DNA of 63,875 bases, counting the filler. It is 5 parts of 5 records of this genome, joined end to end, with 100 filler letters (N's around TTAATTAATTAA, not from the genome) between each part and the next. Parts side by side here need not be neighbours in the genome. Positions count along the whole stretch, not along the records: positions 35,530 to 55,723 come from SRR20825006_1117; 4 more parts are not named here. The stretch is one strand, 5' to 3'. Positions within the stretch are counted from its first letter, which is position 1. Every line of letters begins with the position of its first letter. The notes beneath the pieces were generated by a model, which was not told where the DNA came from, ran no database searches, and saw only the letters and a list, made by a program, of their open reading frames with translations. Below, in pieces: positions 39,004 to 46,119 of the stretch. The position numbers and the translations under genes are program-made.

Positions 39004-39801
39004 ATGCTGAAAGCGCTTGCAATCCTTATTCTTACCGCGCCCGCCGCTTTGGCGAACGACTATGTATTCGACACCAAAGGCCTCGCCGATTGCGGCACGA
39101 CCACAGCCGCTGAGACACTGGGCGGTGCTCGCTTCAAAACACCGGAAGGCCTGACGGTCAAACTCGCACTTGTGAAAGCGCCGGAATTTTGGGAACCATC
39201 CAGCGAATACACTAGTTGGCCCCACGCCCTTGAAGCCAAAAAACACCTGATGAACACACTCCGTGGCCACACGGTTACGCTTTTTTGTGAAGGCCAGAAA
39301 ACCAACCGGCTGGGCGAATTGGTGGCGCACGTGGTGATGCCCGACGGCAGCTGGCTGCAACACACGCTTGTTCGCGACGGGCATGTTTTTGTCTTCCCCG
39401 GCCCCACGCGGCGGCGCGGGCTGGACGCACTCTATGAAGCCGAGCTTGAAGCACGCGCGGATAAAAAAGGCCTATGGATATTCAAGAACCTGCAACCCGT
39501 GGCCGCCACAGGCAACAGCGTGAAAGCAGGCTGGTTCCAGATCGTGGAAGGTGTGGTGGTTGATGCCGCGAAAGTGCGGGATACCATCTTCCTCAACTTC
39601 GGTGATGACTGGCGCACGGATTTCACCGTTGAGGTCCCGGCCCTAACCGCGCGGTATTTTGAACGCATAGGGCTCGATCCGCTCAGCCTTGAAGGCCAGC
39701 ACATTGAAGTGCGCGGCTGGATAGACTTCAAATCAGGCCCGCGCCTGTTGCTGCAAGGTCCCGGGCAAATTCGTATCATAAAACAAGAAAGCCAACCCTG
39801 A
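39004..39801 (+). CDS. exported thermonuclease (SNase)-like protein with C-terminal OB-like domain
   Basis: Signal peptide, NRLGELVAHV, AELEARADKKGLW, FLNFGDDWRTDFTV. Confidence 0.75.
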   Translation: MLKALAILILTAPAALANDYVFDTKGLADCGTTTAAETLGGARFKTPEGLTVKLALVKAPEFWEPSSEYTSWPHALEAKKHLMNTLRGHTVTLFCEGQKTNRLGELVAHVVMPDGSWLQHTLVRDGHVFVFPGPTRRRGLDALYEAELEARADKKGLWIFKNLQPVAATGNSVKAGWFQIVEGVVVDAAKVRDTIFLNFGDDWRTDFTVEVPALTARYFERIGLDPLSLEGQHIEVRGWIDFKSGPRLLLQGPGQIRIIKQESQP

Positions 39802-39843
39802 TACGAGCTGGCTTTCCGGTAATACTGATTTGATTTAGGCCTG

Positions 39844-40731
39844 TTAGCTACCCGCAAGACCTGCAAGAAACGGGTCACCCACATCCTGCATCAAAGCCTG
39901 CCGCAGTTTGCCAAGCGCCTGCGCTTCCAGCTGACGCACACGTTCCTTGGAAATACCTAACTGGGTACCGAGAACCGCGAGGGTCACACCGTCTTCCCGA
40001 AGCTGCCGCTCACGAATGATAAAGCTTTCCCGTTCGGTAAGATGCTTCATCGCCCGCTCGATCAAGGCAGCCTTTTTGTTGCTGTCATGGTTTTCCATGT
40101 AAAGGTCGTCAGGTCGCGGCGAATCGCTCACCAGAAGATCCTGCCATTCCTGCGCGCTTTCATCCGCAACCGGTGCATTCAAAGACCGGTCTACACCTGA
40201 AAGCCTGCCTTCCATGGCCTCAACATCACGAAGCCGCACACCCATTTCATCGGCGATCTGGTTGCGCGCACCCATGGAAAGGGGCCGGTCGGGGTCAACC
40301 CCCATGCGGGCCTTGAGGCGCTTCAGGTTAAAGAACAAAGCCTTGTGGGCACTTGTGGTGCCTGTACGTACAATGGACCAGTTCCTCAGAACATAGTCCT
40401 GCACGGCGGCACGAACCCACCAGCTTGCATAGGTTGAGAAACGCACGTCCCGTTCCGGCTCGAACCGGTATCCGGCCTCCATCAAGCCAACGGTGCCTTC
40501 CTGAATGAGATCAGCAACCGGCAAGCCATAATGCCGGTAGCGGCTTGCAGCCGCAATCGCGAGACGCAAATGCGCTTCGGTCAATTTTTTGAGGGCTCGC
40601 TCGTCCCGTTCCATTTGCCACGCAAGCGCCAGTTCGCCTTCTTCTTCCCTGTCCAGCATTGGCGCACGCATTGCGAAACGAATTAAGCGGCGATCTTCCC
40701 CAGTGGCCCAGTTTCCTCGGCTCACTCTCAC
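39844..40731 (-). CDS. rpoH2: RNA polymerase sigma-32 factor, RpoH2 type
   Basis: DLIQEG, RFSTYASWW, RpoH box NWSIVRTGTTSAHKALFFNL, SKERVRQLE. Confidence 0.88.
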   Translation of the reverse strand: MRVSRGNWATGEDRRLIRFAMRAPMLDREEEGELALAWQMERDERALKKLTEAHLRLAIAAASRYRHYGLPVADLIQEGTVGLMEAGYRFEPERDVRFSTYASWWVRAAVQDYVLRNWSIVRTGTTSAHKALFFNLKRLKARMGVDPDRPLSMGARNQIADEMGVRLRDVEAMEGRLSGVDRSLNAPVADESAQEWQDLLVSDSPRPDDLYMENHDSNKKAALIERAMKHLTERESFIIRERQLREDGVTLAVLGTQLGISKERVRQLEAQALGKLRQALMQDVGDPFLAGLAGS

Positions 40732-40900
40732 CTCCCAATTTTTAATGACCTTGATTAATGCAATGCATTATGACCAGTTTTTTTTGGCTTTGCAGCAACT
40801 TTTTTTATCTCGCTTATAAAATCGGCGTGAGCGCCGGGATTCCGCGCCTTTACCGGAAAACACATTCACGCATGACGGCAAAACACGACCGAATCATATC

Positions 40901-40950
40901 GATTACGCCTGTAAACATAACTCTTGATTTTATTGATTACATATGTAATC
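40901..40950. promoter_or_regulatory. two BlaI/CopY-type operators
   Basis: Perfect palindrome GATTACATATGTAATC (40935-50) containing TACA-N2-TGTA, and a degenerate copy GATTACGCCTGTAAAC (40901-16), just upstream of the repressor ATG. Confidence 0.8.
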
Positions 40951-40958
40951 GTAATCTC

Positions 40959-41342
40959 ATGAGCGAGGAAAAAAAACAAATCAGCATAGCTGAGAGCAAG
41001 GTGATGGAAACGCTATGGCGTGCCCATCCCTTAACAGCGGAAGATGTCACCAATGGCGTCGCCGCAGACCAGAACTGGAGCGTCGGCACCGTCAAATCGC
41101 TGCTGAACCGCCTTTTGTCCAAAGGCGCCATCTCAGCCGAGAAAGACGGCCGACGCTATCTCTACAGCCCGGTCCTGAGCCACGACGACTATATAACCCA
41201 TGAGGGTCAGGGTGTGCTTGACCGTCTTTTTGACGGTCGGGTTTCAGCGCTCCTGACCCACTTCTCCCAGCATGAAAAGCTGAGCGGCGACGATATCGCA
41301 GAGCTTAAAAAACTGATCAAGGAGCTGGACGATGACGAGTGA
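40959..41342 (+). CDS. BlaI/MecI/CopY family repressor
   Basis: ISIAESKVMETLW, WSVGTVKSLLNRLLSKG, GRRYLYSP, LDRLFDG. Confidence 0.92.
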   Translation: MSEEKKQISIAESKVMETLWRAHPLTAEDVTNGVAADQNWSVGTVKSLLNRLLSKGAISAEKDGRRYLYSPVLSHDDYITHEGQGVLDRLFDGRVSALLTHFSQHEKLSGDDIAELKKLIKELDDDE

Positions 41343-43524
41343 TATTTTTACCCACCTGATTCAAGCCCTGATCGGCACAAGCGCCGGGATCCTGATAGTG
41401 CTGCTGCTGAGGCGCCACACTCGCGCCGCTTTTGGTGCCCGCACGGCTTATGCGCTGTGGCTCATCGTGCCCATCGCGCTAGTCGCGAGCCTGCTGCCAG
41501 CGGAACTGATTTTCACCACACCTGCAAAGACCGCTAACCCGGTGCAGGAACGAGCTGCCGTCTCAGATACCCTGCAGGCACTGCCCAAGGGGCAGCCCAC
41601 CGCGCAACCGGCCCCGGCACAGCATATTGTTCGGGCGGCTCAGCCGCTTGCTACAAATACACCGACTGATGTTGGCCCGTGGCTCTTTGGTTTGTGGCTG
41701 ACAGGTACACTCGGCAGCCTTGCGGCTCTCGGCTATCGCCAGAAGCGTTTCCTGCAGAAGCACGGTCTGGTACGCACACCTAAAAAACGCGTATCCAAAC
41801 ATGCCAAAGTCGGCCCTGCGGTTTTTGGTTTTGTCACGCCCCGCATTGTGGTGCCGGACAACTTCACTGCCGCCTATAGCGCGCTTGAGCGCAGGCTGAT
41901 ACTGGCGCACGAACAAGCCCACATCCGCGCAGGCGACATGCAGATGAATGCGCTGGCCGTGGCCATACGGTGCCTGAACTGGTTCAACCCGCTGGCCTAT
42001 GTGGCTTACGGCTTGTTCCGCACCGATCAGGAACTGGCGTGCGACGAACGGGTCATGCGCAAGTTTGGCCAGCATCGCCGGGCTTATGCGGAAACACTGC
42101 TCAAATCCCAGTTGATGGGCGACCAGGCACCGCTTGGCTGCGCCTGGTTCGGTAGTGGCCGTCACCCGCTCACCGACCGGGTAAAACGCCTTGCCCGGCA
42201 CGAGCTTAGCCCGGTTCGCCAGACGCTTGGTGCGCTGACACTCGTAACTGCCACCAGCCTTTCCGGCGTGGCAGCATGGGCCGCGCTTTCAAGTCAGGTT
42301 ATCTATATCGCAGACAATAGTGCGTTCACAGGTGAGGACGTGCCCGTTGCCCCGCTTGAGCGAGTGGTAACAGCCGATGTGCTTAGGGATGCGCAAGGCG
42401 CTGCCCTTGTGGATGCGATCCTCGAAGGCCGCACCCGACACGCAGAGGCCCTTTTGAGCGCAGGCGTGAATGTAGATTATGATGCGCGTGGCGACGGCAC
42501 ACCGCTATTGGTTGCCGCTCTCAAAGGCGATTTTGACATGGTGAAAACCCTGCTTGAGGCTGGAGCGGACGTGAACGGTTTCTCCCCCGGCAGTGGTACG
42601 CCTTTGTTGGTAGCCGCGCGACGTGGCGATGAAAGCATGGTGAAAACCCTGCTTGATGCCGGCGCAGACATAAATAAAGCGGCACCCGGTGACGGTACAC
42701 CGCTTCTTGTTGCGGCACGCCGTGGTGATAGATCCATGGTTGAGGTCCTGCTAGAAGCCGGGGCGGACGTGAACGGTTTCTCCCCCGGTGATGGAACCCC
42801 GCTTCTCGTGGCGGCGCGGCGCGGGAACACAGCCATGGTAGAGGCCCTTCTGGAAGCTGGTGCTGACATCAATCAGGTGGCCCCTGGTGACGGCACGCCT
42901 CTTCTTGTCGCTGTAAGGGCGGGTGAAACAGCCACCACCGAACTGCTGCTTGAGGCGGGAGCTGATATAAACGGTGTTGCACCCGGCGACGGCACGCCGC
43001 TTATTGTGGCGGCTCAACGCGGTGACGACGTGATGGTCAAGTCGCTTTTGAATTTGGGCGCTGATGTTGACGGCTATGCACCGGGCGACGGTACACCGCT
43101 GATCGTCGCTGCGCGGGACGGTAACCAGAAAATGGTAGACGTTCTCCTTGAAGCGGGTGCAGACGTGAATAAGGCAGCACCCGGTGACGGCAATGCGCTT
43201 ATCATGGCGTCTGTGGTGGGGAATCTCCCCATGGTGGAACAGCTTGTTAGCGTTGGCGCGGATGTGAACGGCTTTGTGCCTGGGGACGAAACACCACTCA
43301 TTGGTGCGGCACGGGCCGGGCATGTGGATGTGGCTGAGTTCCTGATCGGGAAAGGGGCCGATGTTAACCTTCGGGTAAAAGCCGGCAACGTGTGGAATGG
43401 CCGCGTGGCGGGGAGAGCCATTCACCGGTCACCCCTCGGCCAAGCGCTGCGGTACGGCCATGATGATATGGCTGCCCTCCTGCGCAAACATGGTGCTACA
43501 GAGCCCGTTGAAGAAGAAGAGTAG
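41332..43524 (+). CDS. BlaR1-type M56 metalloprotease with C-terminal ankyrin-repeat domain
   Basis: AYALWLIVP, GPAVFG, HEQAH zinc motif, WFNPL, QELACDERV, TM, then about 11 ankyrin repeats. Confidence 0.9.
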   Translation: MTSDIFTHLIQALIGTSAGILIVLLLRRHTRAAFGARTAYALWLIVPIALVASLLPAELIFTTPAKTANPVQERAAVSDTLQALPKGQPTAQPAPAQHIVRAAQPLATNTPTDVGPWLFGLWLTGTLGSLAALGYRQKRFLQKHGLVRTPKKRVSKHAKVGPAVFGFVTPRIVVPDNFTAAYSALERRLILAHEQAHIRAGDMQMNALAVAIRCLNWFNPLAYVAYGLFRTDQELACDERVMRKFGQHRRAYAETLLKSQLMGDQAPLGCAWFGSGRHPLTDRVKRLARHELSPVRQTLGALTLVTATSLSGVAAWAALSSQVIYIADNSAFTGEDVPVAPLERVVTADVLRDAQGAALVDAILEGRTRHAEALLSAGVNVDYDARGDGTPLLVAALKGDFDMVKTLLEAGADVNGFSPGSGTPLLVAARRGDESMVKTLLDAGADINKAAPGDGTPLLVAARRGDRSMVEVLLEAGADVNGFSPGDGTPLLVAARRGNTAMVEALLEAGADINQVAPGDGTPLLVAVRAGETATTELLLEAGADINGVAPGDGTPLIVAAQRGDDVMVKSLLNLGADVDGYAPGDGTPLIVAARDGNQKMVDVLLEAGADVNKAAPGDGNALIMASVVGNLPMVEQLVSVGADVNGFVPGDETPLIGAARAGHVDVAEFLIGKGADVNLRVKAGNVWNGRVAGRAIHRSPLGQALRYGHDDMAALLRKHGATEPVEEEE
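42397..43497 (+). repeat. tandem 33-aa (99-bp) ankyrin repeats
   Basis: Consensus GTPL[LI]VAARRGxxxMVxxLLEAGAD[VI]NxxxPGD; nine core units plus divergent caps. Confidence 0.95.
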
Positions 43525-43563
43525 CGTGGCCAACCCAACGGCCAAGCCGAGCCAGTAGCCAAC

Positions 43564-43598
43564 AAAAAAAACCCGCCTCTCATTTGAGGCGGGTTTTT
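43564..43598. terminator. bidirectional Rho-independent terminator
   Basis: A-run, ACCCGCCTC-TCATTT-GAGGCGGGT, T-run, between convergent genes. Confidence 0.85.
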
Positions 43599-43624
43599 CT
43601 ATAACTGAGATAGAGAAGAGAGGC

Positions 43625-44125
43625 TTAAGCGGCCAGCTCTTTCTCAAGCTTAACCATCGCTGCCGCTTCGTCGATATCCTCAACGGCTGCAAGTTCACGA
43701 GCCAGACGGCCAAGCGCAGATTCGTAAATCTGGCGTTCGCTGTAAGACTGCTCAGGCTGATCAGCGCCACGGTGAAGGTCGCGAACAACCTCCGCGATGG
43801 AGACAAGATCACCAGAGTTGATCTTTGCTTCATATTCCTGTGCCCGACGGCTCCACATCGTGCGTTTGATGCGCGCTTTGCCCTTAAGCGTGGTGAACGC
43901 TTCCTTGAGCGTGGCATCATTGGAAAGACGACGCATGCCGCTGGCTTCCGCTTTGCCTGTTGGTACCCGAAGCGTCATGCGCTCTTTTTCAAAGCGAATC
44001 ACATAAAGTTCAAGCTTCAGGCCAGAGATTTCCTGAACCTCAAGCTCAGTGATCCGGCCCACGCCGTGCTTGGGGTAAACAATGTAATCACCGACTGCAA
44101 AGGGATGTTTACTGGATTTTGCCAT
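43625..44125 (-). CDS. carD: CarD family transcription factor
   Basis: VVYP-like IVYPKHGVG, LRVP, MWSRRAQEYEAKINSGD, SYSERQIYE. Confidence 0.95.
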   Translation of the reverse strand: MAKSSKHPFAVGDYIVYPKHGVGRITELEVQEISGLKLELYVIRFEKERMTLRVPTGKAEASGMRRLSNDATLKEAFTTLKGKARIKRTMWSRRAQEYEAKINSGDLVSIAEVVRDLHRGADQPEQSYSERQIYESALGRLARELAAVEDIDEAAAMVKLEKELAA

Positions 44126-44484
44126 AGTGGTTCTATGTCCTTCTTATCTAAGGCAGGCGCACCTGCCATAATATCCGGGTCCCGACGGGCACGGTCCTCG
44201 CGCGCTCAATAGCTCAGCAAGGCTGCGGAAACCCTTGAGAAAAGCGCTATCAAAAGCTTTTCCGTCAAACTGCGTCAAAAAAACCGTTGCACCACCCCGC
44301 TCAGGGCGGCACAATCAAGCCTCAATTCAGCATCTTCAAATTTGGGCGGTTCCAGCCACCACGCGCGAGCCCACTTGCCGCAATTGGATCGCGCAATCCC
44401 TTCTTGTAACACAAAATTAGTAATTTTTACAGTCAAATCGCATTTTTTGGCTCTATTGCTTGATCCTGCGACGTTTGAGCGCAC

Positions 44485-44513
44485 AAAAAAACCGGGCCAT
44501 TCAGCCCGGTTTT
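44485..44513 (-). terminator. Rho-independent terminator after fdxA
   Basis: ACCGGGC-CATTCA-GCCCGGT with an A7 run that reads as a U tail on the minus strand. Confidence 0.7.
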
Positions 44514-44593
44514 CAAATTAAGCAATTGATGCAAAAGCAATAATATTGTGCGCGGAAGCCCCTAAAAGCCCCAGAAACCGTGTACTGCGCGGC

Positions 44594-44929
44594 TTAGTTG
44601 CTTTCGCCTGGCTTGTCAGAGAAGTACTCCATCTTGCCTTCTTTGCCTTTCCAGTCATCCGCGTCAGCGGGCTGCTCGCCCTTCGCGGTGATGTTTGGCC
44701 ATTCTTCCGAATATTTGGTGTTCAGCTCGAGCCATTCTTCCATGCCGTCTTCCGTATCAGGCAGGATTGCTTCGGCCGGGCATTCAGGTTCGCACACGCC
44801 GCAGTCAATGCATTCGTTCGGGTTGATCACCAGCATGTTTTCACCTTCGTAAAAACAGTCAACCGGACAAACCTCAACACAGTCCATATATTTACATTTG
44901 ATGCATGCCTCAGTGACGACATAGGTCAT
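44594..44929 (-). CDS. fdxA: 7Fe/8Fe ferredoxin
   Basis: [29 protein letters not shown]...[12 protein letters not shown]. Confidence 0.96.
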   Translation of the reverse strand: MTYVVTEACIKCKYMDCVEVCPVDCFYEGENMLVINPNECIDCGVCEPECPAEAILPDTEDGMEEWLELNTKYSEEWPNITAKGEQPADADDWKGKEGKMEYFSDKPGESN

Positions 44930-45128
44930 GGGCGTCTCCTTTATTCCGCAAACCTGTAAACTCGTGGTTCTTTCATTGGCTTTATGCCGAAAAGCGCGGC
45001 CTTGGGCAACGGCTTTATATGCAAGAGATTCTTATGTGCACAAATTGTTTGGCTTGCTCATCAGCCATCACTGTATGACACTGAAGGTGGGTAAATCTTT
45101 TCTTTTTACCAATTAGAAGACCAGAGCC

Positions 45129-45473
45129 TTGTTTGAGATACTCGTTTTATGCCTTTTGTTCGTTTTCCAATGCTTCGTTTGCTACGCGGTGGCTCGGCTT
45201 TACTCCCGCGCTTTGATTTGGACAAAAATCATAGGACTGAAGATGATAAGACTCACCATGGCTATGGCATTATGGCTCATTGTTGCAGCATTCCTTTTGA
45301 TAATGCCCGGTGGGGCTGTCTGGGTTGCCGGTAGCCACTTCCACATAGAAGCGGACTTAGGCTGGGTATATATCGCGGGATTGTTCGCAGACATCCCCGC
45401 TGTATATCTTGGAATGCATGGATTTCAGCTGTCGCTCCGTAATGCTGGTTATTTCAGTCGGGACAAATTGTGA
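45129..45473 (+). CDS. hypothetical membrane protein (about 3 TM)
   Basis: Hydrophobic ORF in an AT-richer insert; GTGA overlap with the next ORF. Confidence 0.5.
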   Translation: MFEILVLCLLFVFQCFVCYAVARLYSRALIWTKIIGLKMIRLTMAMALWLIVAAFLLIMPGGAVWVAGSHFHIEADLGWVYIAGLFADIPAVYLGMHGFQLSLRNAGYFSRDKL

Positions 45474-45709
45474 CACAACTTATTTCATACACCACATCTT
45501 CGAACTACTCTCACTTGGTTGTTGAAGCGCAACCAGAGGGTACATACATCTTCCTGTATAAATTCAAAGACTCTCTGTTTCCTGAAAAAGATTATCTGGC
45601 AGATGATCTAAAAACAGCAATGGAGATATGCGAGGAAGACTATCAGGTTCCGACAAACAGCTGGACCAAATACGATGGACCTCAGTTAATGAAACACCGT
45701 TCAGACTAA
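45470..45709 (+). CDS. small acidic hypothetical protein
   Basis: 79-aa ORF coupled to the upstream gene and ending 2 bp before the convergent hslR stop. Confidence 0.6.
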   Translation: MTQLISYTTSSNYSHLVVEAQPEGTYIFLYKFKDSLFPEKDYLADDLKTAMEICEEDYQVPTNSWTKYDGPQLMKHRSD

Positions 45710-45711
45710 AG

Positions 45712-46110
45712 CTAACGGTCCATCAGCTTATCGATAGCGCGGCGCTCTGCTTTGGTGGGGCGGCCTGCGCCTGCGTCCCTGAGGGCGGGCGCTGTCCTCT
45801 TCTCTTCCGCCAGCTCCTTCTTCTGATCCTCAATGGGGGAGAGGTCGTCATAAAGTGTTTGCGCCTCCGCGGCCGGGCCGCGGCGCGTGCCAAGCGCGAG
45901 GATTTTCACCACGCGGATATGGGGGCCTTGCGGGAAGGTCAGCACCTGCCCCGCCTTCACAGTAGCGGACGCCTTGGAAACAACGGTGCCATCCACGCGA
46001 ACCTTGCGTGCCTTGCAAACGGTGCTGGCGATGGAGCGGGACTTGAAAAACCGGGCATGCCAGAGCCATTTATCCAGCCTGATCTGCCCGGTCTCGAGAT
46101 TTTCAGCCAT
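45712..46110 (-). CDS. hslR: S4-domain RNA-binding heat shock protein Hsp15
   Basis: RLDKWLWHARFFKSRS, RRGPAAEAQTLY, GRPTKAERR. Confidence 0.9.
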   Translation of the reverse strand: MAENLETGQIRLDKWLWHARFFKSRSIASTVCKARKVRVDGTVVSKASATVKAGQVLTFPQGPHIRVVKILALGTRRGPAAEAQTLYDDLSPIEDQKKELAEEKRTAPALRDAGAGRPTKAERRAIDKLMDR

Positions 46111-46119
46111 CAGAGGCTG

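Noticed and set aside
42397-43497. CRISPR-like or non-coding tandem array with 99-bp period
   Set aside because: The repeats are in-frame ankyrin codons with synonymous variation and no unique spacers. No CRISPR array or cas gene was seen anywhere in the window.
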